Positions 16,237 to 25,898 are shown, numbered from the stretch's first letter. The stretch is DNA of 63,311 nucleotides from a virus (IMGVR_UViG_3300017645_000202:1-63311), one strand, 5' to 3'. Numbers and translations are program-made. The notes: generated by a model from the letters alone, not told the origin.

Positions 16237-17105
16237 TTTTTTCTGGCACGAGCTTCGAGAAGCTTTGCGTGCGCCAGGCGTTACACGAGGGGATGGCCGC
16301 GGCAACGCCGCGGGCGCCCTTGGCGCCTGAGCGGCCTGCGGCCGCTGGGCGTGTCGTCCCGACGCTGTTCTCGGCGCCGATGGTGCGCGCGAACATCCGC
16401 GAAGTGCAGCGGCCTGGCACCGGCAAGACGCAGACGCGGCGGGTGCTGGCAAAACACAACACGAGCGTTGATGGATGCGGCGCTCGGCTGTTCGATGAGC
16501 TTGAGTTCGAACACGACGACGTCTTCGTCGATTCGGGCCCGAGCCCAACCGGAAATCCAGGACCCTATTTGAAGGTGCCACGCCGCGGCGAAGACACCGT
16601 GCATAGGGTCTATCCCAAGATCGCGGCCGGCGACGTGCTGTGGGTGCGGGAGACGTGGGCTCCGCTCGACGCTCTGACACACGGCGATCCAGGCACGACC
16701 GCGTTAGCGAACAACGGTTTCTACCGCGCCGACAACAGCACCACCGACGGTGAGATCAGGCGCTGGATACCATCTATCCACATGCCCCGCTGGGCGTCCC
16801 GCCTCACGCTCGAAGTGACCGGCGTCAAGGTCGAGCGCCTGCAGGACATCAGCGAGGCTGATGCGATCGCGGAGGGCATTCACCAGCAATCGACGACAGG
16901 ATGGTTTTCTGTTCCCGGCGTCAATGGTGCCGGCACCACCGCCCGAGCGGCGTATGCGCTCCTCTGGAACGCGATCAACGGCGGCGGCGCGTCCGGCCGG
17001 AGACCGGCAATAGATTGGGACGCCAACCCGTGGGTGGTCGCCGTCACCTACAAGCCGCACCTGATGAACGTGGATGCCTTCCTCGCGCAGCGGGTGGCGG
17101 CATGA
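16233..17105 (+). CDS. ASCH/PUA-like conserved phage protein
   Basis: PTLFSAPMVRA...KTQTRR, GDVLWVRETW, WIPSIHMPRWASRLTLEVTGVKVERLQDISEADAIAEG, WDANPWV. Confidence 0.8.
   Translation: MIFSGTSFEKLCVRQALHEGMAAATPRAPLAPERPAAAGRVVPTLFSAPMVRANIREVQRPGTGKTQTRRVLAKHNTSVDGCGARLFDELEFEHDDVFVDSGPSPTGNPGPYLKVPRRGEDTVHRVYPKIAAGDVLWVRETWAPLDALTHGDPGTTALANNGFYRADNSTTDGEIRRWIPSIHMPRWASRLTLEVTGVKVERLQDISEADAIAEGIHQQSTTGWFSVPGVNGAGTTARAAYALLWNAINGGGASGRRPAIDWDANPWVVAVTYKPHLMNVDAFLAQRVAA
16289..16360 (+). repeat. Structured repeat element E4
   Basis: GGGATGGC/GTCGTCCC closing stem with two G-U pairs; CGCGGC-AAC-GCCGCG, GGCGCC-CTT-GGCGCC, AGCGGCC-TGC-GGCCGCT. Confidence 0.7.
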
Positions 17106-17374
17106 CGATCTGCCCGCGATGCAACGGCGCAAAGCGCATCTTTGTCTTCGCCGACGGTCACGATGCCGACGGCAACTTCGTCAGCACCAGCGGCGAGCGA
17201 GATTGCCTGACCTGCAAGGGCGTCGGCGAGATCACCGATGACCATGCGAACCGGATCAAGATCGGCAAGTCGCTGCGCGATGACCGCGTGGCGAAAGGTT
17301 TCGGCCTGCGCGAGGCCGCGCTGCTGCGCGGGTGCACGCCTGCCGAGCTTTCCGCAATCGAGCAAGGCAACTGA
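17102..17374 (+). CDS. Zinc-finger (CxxCxGxx) plus XRE-type HTH protein
   Basis: CPRCNG...CLTCKGVG, then LRDDR...GLREAALLRGCTPAELSAIEQG. Confidence 0.75.
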   Translation: MTICPRCNGAKRIFVFADGHDADGNFVSTSGERDCLTCKGVGEITDDHANRIKIGKSLRDDRVAKGFGLREAALLRGCTPAELSAIEQGN

Positions 17375-17406
17375 CCGGCGGCGTTTTACAGGGGGATCAA
17401 TCGGCG

Positions 17407-17685
17407 ATGACCGACAAACGGGAAGCCAACATCGACGAGCTGCTGACGCTGGACGAGCGGCGACTGGAGCTGATGACCGTCCGCCATAACCTCCGCAAGG
17501 CGCTCTACATCGACGTGGTCGTGTGGGGGTTCTCGCACCGCATCTATCGCTCCGATGCGGAGAAGGTGTTCGCCGACATAGACGCGGCGGCAGGGCGGGA
17601 GCTGAGGGAGATCGAGGAGAAGTTCCGCACCTTGGGCGTCACGCCGTCCGAGTGGACGCCGCCGCCGGGGGACGAGGCGCCATGA
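17407..17685 (+). CDS. Hypothetical protein
   Basis: G-rich RBS; coupled to the methyltransferase gene. Confidence 0.65.
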   Translation: MTDKREANIDELLTLDERRLELMTVRHNLRKALYIDVVVWGFSHRIYRSDAEKVFADIDAAAGRELREIEEKFRTLGVTPSEWTPPPGDEAP

Positions 17686-19253
17686 GCGATCGACGGGGGA
17701 AGCGCGGGCTTATCATTGACAACTTCGCCGGCGGCGGCGGCGCGTCGCTCGGCATCGAGCAGGCGCTGTGGGCGCCGCCAGATTACGCCATCAATCATGA
17801 TCCGATCGCGTTGGGGGTGCACACCGTCAACCACCCGCACACCGAGCACCGCATCGAGGACGTGTTCCACACGGATCCGCGTGAGCTCGCCAAGGGCCGG
17901 CCGATTGCACTCGTGTGGCTGTCGCCGGACTGCAAGCATCACAGCAAAGCCAAGGGCGGCAAGCCGCGCGACAAGAACATCCGCGCGCTGGCGTGGGTGG
18001 CGATCCGCTGGGCGTGCCTACCGCAGCCGATGAAGCCGGCCATCATCGCCCTGGAGAACGTGGAGGAGTTCCAGGACTGGGGGCCGCTCACCGCCGACGA
18101 CATGCCGTGTCCGGCACGCAAGGGGCAAACGTTCGCTCTCTTCGTGCAGCGGCTGCGCCAGGCGGGCTATGCCGTCGAATGGCGGGAGCTGCGCGCCTGC
18201 GATTACGGCGCGCCGACCATCCGCAAGCGACTGTTTCTCATCGCCCGCTCGGACGGCCGGCCGATCCGCTGGCCGGCGCCGACGCACGGCGATCCGAAAT
18301 CCCTCGAAGTGGCGGCGGGCACGCTGAAGCCTTATCGGACGGCGGCGGAATGCATCGACTGGTCGGTGCCGTGCCCGTCCATCTTCGGGCGCGAGCGGCC
18401 GTTGGCCGAGAAGACGATGGCGCGCATCGCCCGCGGGGTGAAGCGCTTCGTGCTCGATGCGGCGGAGCCGTTCATCGTCAATCTGACACATAGGGGCCGC
18501 GTTGAGGCGCTGGGGGAGCCGTTCAAAACGGTAACCGGCGCTCATCGCGGGGAGAAGGCGCTCGTAGCGCCGTTCTTCATTCCGCGTCACGGCGAGCACG
18601 CCGCCCAGGAGCCGCGCTGCCGCGACGTCGAGCAGCCAATGCCCACGGTCACCGCCACCGCCAACGGCGCCGGCCTCGTCGCCGCGTTCATGGCACAGCA
18701 CAACACCGACATGGTCGGGCACCCGATGACGGCGCCGGTTTCCACCATCGTCGGCAAGGGCTGCACGCAGGCTCTGGCGGCCGATTTCCTCACCAAGTTC
18801 TACGGCACGTCAACCGGGCAGGACATGCGTACGCCGTTCTCCACGGTGACGGCTGACGGCACCCACCTCGGCGAGGTGCGCGCCTTCCTGATGAAATACT
18901 ACGGCACCGGCGGGCAACTGCAGAGCCTCGACGTGCCGGCGCACACGTCGACCGCCAAGGCGCGGCTCGGGCTCGTGACGGTGGCCGGTGTCGAGTGGCA
19001 GATCGTCGACATCGGTATGCGCATGCTGCTGCCGCGCGAACTGGCGCGGGCGCAGGGCTTTCCTGACAGCTACGTGCTGGAGCGCCTCGCCGACGGCACG
19101 CCGGTCACCAAGACGGATCAGATCCGCCTCATCGGCAACAGCGTGTGCCCGCCGGTGGCGCGCGCCATCCTCGAGGCGAACTTCGGGAACGAGGTCGTGT
19201 CGGAGACGCGCGGGCCGGATGTGCGGCCGGTGGCGGGGAGGGCAGCAGCGTGA
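17682..19253 (+). CDS. C5-cytosine DNA methyltransferase
   Basis: DNFAGGGGAS, SPDC, LENV, YGAPTIRKRLF, RELARAQGF, IGNSV. Confidence 0.95.
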   Translation: MSDRRGKRGLIIDNFAGGGGASLGIEQALWAPPDYAINHDPIALGVHTVNHPHTEHRIEDVFHTDPRELAKGRPIALVWLSPDCKHHSKAKGGKPRDKNIRALAWVAIRWACLPQPMKPAIIALENVEEFQDWGPLTADDMPCPARKGQTFALFVQRLRQAGYAVEWRELRACDYGAPTIRKRLFLIARSDGRPIRWPAPTHGDPKSLEVAAGTLKPYRTAAECIDWSVPCPSIFGRERPLAEKTMARIARGVKRFVLDAAEPFIVNLTHRGRVEALGEPFKTVTGAHRGEKALVAPFFIPRHGEHAAQEPRCRDVEQPMPTVTATANGAGLVAAFMAQHNTDMVGHPMTAPVSTIVGKGCTQALAADFLTKFYGTSTGQDMRTPFSTVTADGTHLGEVRAFLMKYYGTGGQLQSLDVPAHTSTAKARLGLVTVAGVEWQIVDIGMRMLLPRELARAQGFPDSYVLERLADGTPVTKTDQIRLIGNSVCPPVARAILEANFGNEVVSETRGPDVRPVAGRAAA

Positions 19254-20623
19254 AAAAGCCCCGCAAGCGCTACGACGCAGCCGACAACGGCGCTCGCGGC
19301 TACAACGCCGCTGTCGACGCCATCCGCATGGAAGGCGTAAAGGCCGGGCGCTTCCTGCCGCTGGCCAGCCGGCCGGAGGAAATCAAAGCCTCGCCCATCG
19401 TGGAGGAGGCGCGGCAGATCGGCCCGTGCACGCTCTATCGCGGTGACTGTAGGCAGATCGTGGCACTGCTGGAAGGCATGGCCGCCTGCGTCACCGACCC
19501 TCCCTATGAACTCGGCTTCATGGGCAAGAGCTGGGACTCGAGCGGCATCGCCGCTGACTGGCGCACCTGGGGCGCGGTGCGCATTGCGCTGCGGCCCGGT
19601 GCACACCTCGTCGCCTTTGCCGGCTCGCGCACCTATCACCGCATCGCCAGCGCTGTGGACGATGCCGGGTTCGATGTGCGCGACCAGATCATGTGGATCT
19701 ACGGCTCCGGGTTTCCGAAATCGCGCAAGGTATCCGATGACCTGGAGCGCGCTGGCATTGGTCACTACACCGTCAATGCGTGGGATGGCTGGGGCACCGC
19801 GCTGAAGCCGGCGCACGAGCCGATCGTGTTCGCGCGCAAGCCGCTGAGCGAGGCGACGATTGCCGCCAACGTCCTGCGCTGGGGAACGGCGGCACTGAAT
19901 ATTGATGCCTGCCGCATGACACCGGCCCAGGACCATCAGGACAAGTGCGCCAGTGTCGTGGGCGCCGAGAGCAGGCGCACATCCACCGTGTATAGCGAGA
20001 ACAAGGCTAAGCGGCGCGACAGCTCGCGCAAGGGTGAGGCGAGCGCCGACCGGCGATATGCCGATGAGGGCGTGACGGGGTTTGCGCCCCTGCCTGGGCC
20101 GCGCGGTGGAGACGTGCTCGGCCGCTGGCCGGCGAACATGCTGACGGACGGCTCGCACGAGGTGATCGAGGCGTTCCCCGCTTCGGCGCGCGATGCCATC
20201 CGTTTCTTCTACGCACCCAAGGCCGACAAGGCAGAGCGCGAATTCGGTATGGAGGACGCCCCGACCAAGGCCGGTGGCATGCGCTCCAACACCAGCGGCC
20301 AGCACATCACCCGGCGCGACGGCGGGGCGCCAGGACCGCGCGCCAATCATCACCCGACCGTCAAGCCCGTCGACCTGATGCGCTGGCTGTGCCGGCTGGT
20401 GACGCCGCCGGGAGGCACGGTGCTCGATCCGTTCATGGGCTCCGGCTCGACGGGCATCGCCGCCGTGCGCGAGGGCTTCGGCTTCGTCGGCATCGAGCAG
20501 GACGCCGACTATTTCGACATCGCCTGCCGGCGCATCGAGGCGGCAGTGCGGCTGCTCGACGTGGAGCCCGACATCGTGCGTGCCGTACAGCGTGTCCGTG
20601 CTGAGCAGGGGGAGCTGATCTGA
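19250..20623 (+). CDS. N6-adenine/N4-cytosine DNA methyltransferase (beta class)
   Basis: VTDPPY near the N-terminus; HPTVKP and VLDPFMGSGSTG near the C-terminus. Confidence 0.93.
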   Translation: MKKPRKRYDAADNGARGYNAAVDAIRMEGVKAGRFLPLASRPEEIKASPIVEEARQIGPCTLYRGDCRQIVALLEGMAACVTDPPYELGFMGKSWDSSGIAADWRTWGAVRIALRPGAHLVAFAGSRTYHRIASAVDDAGFDVRDQIMWIYGSGFPKSRKVSDDLERAGIGHYTVNAWDGWGTALKPAHEPIVFARKPLSEATIAANVLRWGTAALNIDACRMTPAQDHQDKCASVVGAESRRTSTVYSENKAKRRDSSRKGEASADRRYADEGVTGFAPLPGPRGGDVLGRWPANMLTDGSHEVIEAFPASARDAIRFFYAPKADKAEREFGMEDAPTKAGGMRSNTSGQHITRRDGGAPGPRANHHPTVKPVDLMRWLCRLVTPPGGTVLDPFMGSGSTGIAAVREGFGFVGIEQDADYFDIACRRIEAAVRLLDVEPDIVRAVQRVRAEQGELI

Positions 20624-20624
20624 G

Positions 20625-20924
20625 ATGACCGCCGCGCCGCCAGCGTGCGAGCAAACCATCGGCGCCCTGCGCGCCGCCGGTCAGCGGCTGCACATCCTGT
20701 GCCGCGGCTGCGGGTGGGAGCGCGAATATCGCCTCGACCGCGGTGCATTCGCCCGCGTGCCGGATGCGGCGGCGCTGGGCGCGGTGCGTGCGCGCCTTTC
20801 CTGCACGCAATGCGGCGAGCGGCAGAAGGTCTGGGTGGCCGCCGAGTACGCCGACGCCGACGCCGCCGCACGCCGCGAGTGGGGCTGGACGGAGGAAGAG
20901 ATCGCGGCGGGTTCGAAGGGCTGA
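20625..20924 (+). CDS. Zinc-ribbon protein (paralog of 30180-30494)
   Basis: CRGC...CTQC; WGWTEEE C-terminus. Confidence 0.7.
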   Translation: MTAAPPACEQTIGALRAAGQRLHILCRGCGWEREYRLDRGAFARVPDAAALGAVRARLSCTQCGERQKVWVAAEYADADAAARREWGWTEEEIAAGSKG

Positions 20925-20944
20925 AACGAGAGGGCACTATTCGC

Positions 20945-21439
20945 ATGACCGACGATTATGCAGGACTCGGAATTCGCTGGTGGCGGTGGCGGGACCGCCT
21001 GGTGCAGCCGTTCCGGCTGGTGAAGTCGCTCGCCGCCGAGATGCGCGCACCGCTGAACATCGAGCGATGCGACGAGTGCGGCTACTACTTCGACGCCGCC
21101 GATAGACGCGGCAGCGTGCCCAAGACGCGAGAAGAAGCTCTCCGCTACGGCAAGCACTGCCCTGCCTGCTGGCAGGAGCGGCATGGCGGTGCCGATGGCT
21201 GGGCGCTGTGGAACGGATGCCAAGGCGTGTTCGCCAACGCCGTGACTCACACCAGGGCTGAGGCAAAGGCGCTTTGGGAGGAACTCGGCTGGGGCGATGT
21301 TATCGAGAAGGTTGTGCCTGTGCGCATCCACGTCGAGCGGGAAGATGGCGTCTGGCACCGAGAGTGGCAGGAGAGGGAAATGGAGCAGCACGCCAGCGGC
21401 GTAGATCATAAGCACAATGGAGGCTCGAACCATGCATGA
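20945..21439 (+). CDS. Hypothetical protein with a CxxC pair
   Basis: CDEC...CPAC. Confidence 0.6.
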   Translation: MTDDYAGLGIRWWRWRDRLVQPFRLVKSLAAEMRAPLNIERCDECGYYFDAADRRGSVPKTREEALRYGKHCPACWQERHGGADGWALWNGCQGVFANAVTHTRAEAKALWEELGWGDVIEKVVPVRIHVEREDGVWHREWQEREMEQHASGVDHKHNGGSNHA

Positions 21440-21716
21440 GACGTTGCCGCAGGTGTCATCCGCGGGAAATCAACCCGAAGAGCCGCAGTGGCTGGTATCG
21501 CAGCACGAAAGGCAGCACCGGCCCGGCGATGAAGGCCTGCCAGGCGTGCGCGCGGATGCCTCCGCCGAGGCATACCGCATGGTCGAGATGCTGACGCGCG
21601 CATCCGAAATCACGCCGGAGGGGCAGGTCGTGATCTCGTTCTGGGCCGTGCACCGCATGGCGCTGCGCATCGCCAAGATCGCCGAGACGGGCGAAGCCGC
21701 GTTCGAGGGGGTGTGA
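21432..21716 (+). CDS. Hypothetical protein
   Basis: GGAGG RBS; coupled ORF. Confidence 0.55.
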   Translation: MHETLPQVSSAGNQPEEPQWLVSQHERQHRPGDEGLPGVRADASAEAYRMVEMLTRASEITPEGQVVISFWAVHRMALRIAKIAETGEAAFEGV

Positions 21717-22216
21717 TGGCGGTCGATCCAGAAGCGGCAGCGGCCGCGGCGGCGCGCACGGACGCATGGCAATCGGGGCCGATGGGGCAGGGGTGGGATT
21801 CGTCCTACGCCTACGTCGACAGGATGGCGAACATCCTGATCGAGCATCAGAGTGCGCTCCACCAGTTTAGTTTCTGGATGACAGCGCTCGCCAGCCTCGG
21901 GTTCGTGGTGGCGTGCGTCGCCATTTATTCGTTGGGTCTGCATTGGTGGCAGGCGCGGCGCGAGCAGAAGCGGCTCGATGGGCTGGCCAATAATCTCGCG
22001 CGAGCGTCATTCATTGACATGCGGCTCGAGGATCTGGCCGAGGCACAGCGGCGATGGCCGTCGCTATACCATCTGGCGGCTGAACTCGACGCCGACAGCC
22101 GCGGGCGCGCGCTCAAGGAGGTGCAGGAGCGCGCGCGGGCCGAACTCGACGAATGGTTCGAAGCGCAGCGCGATGATGCGCTGTTGACGCCAGCCACAGC
22201 GATGGGGGCACCATGA
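21716..22216 (+). CDS. Hypothetical single-TM protein
   Basis: FWMTALASLGFVVACVAIYSLGLHWW hydrophobic segment. Confidence 0.65.
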   Translation: MAVDPEAAAAAAARTDAWQSGPMGQGWDSSYAYVDRMANILIEHQSALHQFSFWMTALASLGFVVACVAIYSLGLHWWQARREQKRLDGLANNLARASFIDMRLEDLAEAQRRWPSLYHLAAELDADSRGRALKEVQERARAELDEWFEAQRDDALLTPATAMGAP

Positions 22217-23136
22217 CCGAAACATTTTATCCGATCACGCCCACGATCCCCGCCGTTGGCGTGCGCGTTGTCGTGATCTGGGCGGGACGCCAGTTTGCGG
22301 CCGCGCGCGCTGTCGACAAGAAGGCGCACACGGTGCGCTGGGTGGAAGAATGCGGCGGCAAACTCGTGTGGCTCAACGATGAGCCGGACTGCTGGCGACC
22401 GGAGAAGTCAGAGCTTTGGAAAGCGCCGCTGCCTGAGCCGTTGGCGACTACCATGCCGCGCATGGCCGATATTCGTCCGCATCGCAATCGCTATTCCGCC
22501 ATGAGCGTACAAGCCGATCAGTCAGCACGCACGCAGGCCGAGATCCGTGAGGAACTGGGCGATGCCGAGGAGGCGTTGGAGCAGCTTGCGGGGGACCACC
22601 GCTGGTGGCTCACGCAGAAGCCGACGTATTCCAAGCCGGGCGCGATCAGCGAGCGCGAGGCCGAGGGACGCGTTGCGATTGCTATTCTCGTCGATGGTAT
22701 CTGCGGCCGCTTTGGGGCGCCGAGCGGCATAACGGAGACGTCGAGTGCATTGTCGGGAATGGTGCACGAGACGCTGACGTCGGCGGACAGCGACGCATAC
22801 GTGCGCTTCGATCCGAGCCCGCGCGATAATTCGGATTACCCGCTCGCCTTCGCTTGGTTCACGGCGCTGAACCCGCCGGAGCTTTGGTGGGATAGCCGAG
22901 AGCCGTGGTCGCTCAGCCAGGCTCAATGCGTGCTCGTGTGGCGCGTGATCGGGCTGTCTTGGCGGCAGATCGGGCGGCGCATCGGGCGCAGCCATACGGG
23001 CGCACGGAAGATCTACGGGGCGGCACTTTCCGGTGTGCATCGCGCGGCAAACGGCAAGCCGGTGTTGAAGCACGTGATGGTGCGCGATCGGATGAAGGCG
23101 CTGCGGGAAAGAAATCGCGCGTTTGCTTCGCGCTGA
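22213..23136 (+). CDS. Protein with C-terminal sigma-r4-like HTH (possible late-gene regulator)
   Basis: VLVWRVIGLSWRQIGRRIGRSHTGARKIY. Confidence 0.6.
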   Translation: MTETFYPITPTIPAVGVRVVVIWAGRQFAAARAVDKKAHTVRWVEECGGKLVWLNDEPDCWRPEKSELWKAPLPEPLATTMPRMADIRPHRNRYSAMSVQADQSARTQAEIREELGDAEEALEQLAGDHRWWLTQKPTYSKPGAISEREAEGRVAIAILVDGICGRFGAPSGITETSSALSGMVHETLTSADSDAYVRFDPSPRDNSDYPLAFAWFTALNPPELWWDSREPWSLSQAQCVLVWRVIGLSWRQIGRRIGRSHTGARKIYGAALSGVHRAANGKPVLKHVMVRDRMKALRERNRAFASR

Positions 23137-23152
23137 TACTGAAGGGGGTACG

Positions 23153-23572
23153 ATGGCACTATTCACAGCAGACCAGCTCGTCGCGCACGCGGTTGGCGAT
23201 TACATCCTGCAATCGGACTGGATGGCAGACAATAAGACTAAGCAGCATTTTGCTGCGGCGGCGCACGCCGTCACCTACACGCTGCCGTTTCTGTTCATCA
23301 CGCAGAGCCCCGCGGCGTTGGCAGCGATCTGCGGCACACACTTCGTCATCGATCGATGGCGCTTGGCGCGTTTCGTCGTGTGGCTGAAGAATGGGCCGAT
23401 CTACAGGTATTGGTCGGAGCCCTTTCGCTGCTGGTCTTGGGAGCTTCGGCCGCTCACCACCACCGGGTATCCCGACAGCAAGCCGCCCTTCCTCGCAGTC
23501 TGGCTGCTGATCATCGCCGACAACATCCTGCACGTGATCTGCAACGGCCTCGCGATTTGGTGGCTCGCATGA
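23153..23572 (+). CDS. DUF3307 family His-rich membrane protein
   Basis: AHAVGDYILQSDWMA..K, HAVTY, THFVID, ADNILH. Confidence 0.85.
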   Translation: MALFTADQLVAHAVGDYILQSDWMADNKTKQHFAAAAHAVTYTLPFLFITQSPAALAAICGTHFVIDRWRLARFVVWLKNGPIYRYWSEPFRCWSWELRPLTTTGYPDSKPPFLAVWLLIIADNILHVICNGLAIWWLA

Positions 23573-24180
23573 ACCAGATCCAATCTCTCAAGCAGACCTA
23601 CAACCTGATGACGGGCGATCAGATCCAGCCGCCGCGGCCCAAGCCTATCGACGATCATGGGCAAACGCGCGTGCGCTGGAGCACGGCGAAGAAGCATGCC
23701 TTCCGCGAGATGCGACCGGCGGCGCTGTGCATCGTCGCCACCGACGGGCCGGTATCGGTCGTCACCTATGACCGCGGCATGAATGTCGCCAAACGTTACG
23801 GGCACAACCGGGGCTGCTGGCCGATGCGCATTGCCACTACTGCGGCGTGGGAAGACAACATAACAGGCGCCTACGACCGCAACCCGTTCGTGCGCACCGG
23901 CGTGCAGATCCGCACCTGGTGCTCCGATGCGCGTCGGCGCGACCGGCTGGTCACGTCAGTGACCGATCTGCTCGGTGAGATGAGCGAGAACGCAATGGGG
24001 GCCGAACTCGAGAACGGCTTCACCGATGCCGGTCCCGACGTCGATCTCGAGCTGTTCGAGGTGGAGATCCATGCCATCGCCGAGCGGTTGGGTTTCGGCG
24101 TGTGGGACGACGCTGGCCTCTCTGCCTGGCTCGACGAAATCGTGACGCGCGAGGAAATGCGGAAGGTGGGGGCGAGATGA
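23569..24180 (+). CDS. Hypothetical protein
   Basis: ATGA overlaps at both ends. Confidence 0.7.
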   Translation: MNQIQSLKQTYNLMTGDQIQPPRPKPIDDHGQTRVRWSTAKKHAFREMRPAALCIVATDGPVSVVTYDRGMNVAKRYGHNRGCWPMRIATTAAWEDNITGAYDRNPFVRTGVQIRTWCSDARRRDRLVTSVTDLLGEMSENAMGAELENGFTDAGPDVDLELFEVEIHAIAERLGFGVWDDAGLSAWLDEIVTREEMRKVGAR

Positions 24181-25898
24181 TCGCAAAACCGTGCCCTATT
24201 CCCGATGACGCCCTCGACGACCGTCAGGGCTTCGTCGGCACGAGCGGATCGGGAAAGACGTTCGGCGCCGGCGTTGCGGCTGAGCGCCTGCTGAACCGAA
24301 AAAGCCGCATTATCATCCCCGATGCGCTGGGAGTCTGGTGGGGTCTGCGTGTCATGGCGGATGGCAAGGAGCCATCGCCCTGGCCGGTTGTGATTTTCGG
24401 CGGCCCGCATGGCGACCTGCCGATCACGGAAGCCTCGGGCGCGCTGATCGGTGAGGCGTGCGCCAGCATGGCCGAAAGCGCCATCGTCGATTTGTCGGAG
24501 ATCGGCACCAAAGCGGGCGAGCGCCGTTTCATGCTGGCATTTCTTACGGCGCTCTACCGCAAGGCCAGCGGCGAGCCGGTTCACGTCATCTTCGACGAAG
24601 CCGACATGTGGGCGCCGCAGCAGGTCCGCGACAAGGATGGCGAAGCGGCAAAGCTATTGGGCATGATGGAAACGATCGTGCGCCGCGGCCGCGTGAAGGG
24701 GTTCATTCCCTGGCTCATCACGCAGCGGCCCGCCGTGCTGAACAAGGACGTGCTCAGTCAGGTGGACGGGCTTGCCGCGTTTAAGCTGACATCTACGCAG
24801 GACCGGGACGCCCTATCGGCATGGGTCGAAGGCCAAGCGGACAAGGTAACGTGGCGCAAGACATACGGGGAACTCGCCGGGCTCGAGCGCGGCCGCGCCG
24901 TCATCTGGCAGCCTGGTCACGGAGAACTCGATGTCGCTCAGTTCCCACGCAAGATTTCGTTCGATTCCTCTGCATCGCCGAAGCGCGGCGAGAAGAAGCG
25001 CACGGCGACCCTGAAGCCGCTCGACCTGCCGGCGCTGAAGGAGAAACTGGCGGCCATCCGCGCCGAGGCGGAAGCCACGGACCCCAGGAAGCTGCAGAAG
25101 GAGGTCGAGCGTCTCACGCGGGAGCTGGCAAAGAAGGCACCTTCGGACGCGCCCAACCCCGGCGCGATCGCTGATGCGGAGGCGCGGGGGGAAGAACGCG
25201 GGCGTCTGGCTGGTTTCACTGAAGGCTTTGCCGCGGGCGAGGCCAAGGGCCGGTCGGGCATCGGACAGGCTATCGCCGCGCTCCAACGCTTCCTCGGTAC
25301 CAAGCCCGATGCAACGGCCGCCCAGGTTTATGCACCGCGGGCGCTGAAAGATGCGCCGGACGTCTCGCGCCACGCAACGCCGCCCGCCCCGCGCGCAGCG
25401 TCACCTCCGAATACCCAGGCGGACGGCTCGTTGCCGAGGGGCGAATGGCAGTGCCTCACCGCCATTGCGCAGCATCAGCGCGGCGTCACCCGCCCGCAAT
25501 TGACGGTGCTAACCGGCTTCAAGCGCTCGACACGAGACAAGTACATCCAACTGCTGCGGGCCAAGGAGCTGGTCGACCAGGCGGGCGAGCGCATCACAGC
25601 CACGCCGGCCGGTCTGGATGCCCTCGGCGACGGCTTCGAGCCGCTGCCGACCGGATCTGCATTGCGCGACAAGGTGCTGTCGACGCTGCCCCCCGGCGAG
25701 GCCCGCGTGCTCGACATCGCGATCAACTTCTACCCCGCATCCGTGGGCCGCGACGATGTTTCGGAGCGCAGCGGCTTCAAGCGCTCGACGCGTGACAAGT
25801 ACATCCAATTGCTCGCCGCGCGCGAGCTCATCACGGTCGTTGCCGCCGGCGAAGTCCGCGCGAGCGATGATTTGTTCGATAATCACGAACGTGAATGA
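24177..25898 (+). CDS. HerA/DUF87-like P-loop ATPase with two C-terminal winged-helix repeats
   Basis: GTSGSGKT, VIFDEAD, RRGRVKG, ITQRPA; duplicated GFKRSTRDKYIQLL. Confidence 0.85.
   Translation: MIAKPCPIPDDALDDRQGFVGTSGSGKTFGAGVAAERLLNRKSRIIIPDALGVWWGLRVMADGKEPSPWPVVIFGGPHGDLPITEASGALIGEACASMAESAIVDLSEIGTKAGERRFMLAFLTALYRKASGEPVHVIFDEADMWAPQQVRDKDGEAAKLLGMMETIVRRGRVKGFIPWLITQRPAVLNKDVLSQVDGLAAFKLTSTQDRDALSAWVEGQADKVTWRKTYGELAGLERGRAVIWQPGHGELDVAQFPRKISFDSSASPKRGEKKRTATLKPLDLPALKEKLAAIRAEAEATDPRKLQKEVERLTRELAKKAPSDAPNPGAIADAEARGEERGRLAGFTEGFAAGEAKGRSGIGQAIAALQRFLGTKPDATAAQVYAPRALKDAPDVSRHATPPAPRAASPPNTQADGSLPRGEWQCLTAIAQHQRGVTRPQLTVLTGFKRSTRDKYIQLLRAKELVDQAGERITATPAGLDALGDGFEPLPTGSALRDKVLSTLPPGEARVLDIAINFYPASVGRDDVSERSGFKRSTRDKYIQLLAARELITVVAAGEVRASDDLFDNHERE

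Noticed and set aside
11574-16360. E1-E4 cloverleaves as tRNA genes
   Set aside because: Loops are 3-4 nt; there is no 7-nt anticodon loop, no GTTCRA T-loop and no CCA acceptor end.
19118-20659. Long antisense ORFs (also 45082-46299, 55642-57027, 60510-61778, 9825-10952)
   Set aside because: Shadow frames of GC-rich genes whose clear family motifs are on the opposite strand.
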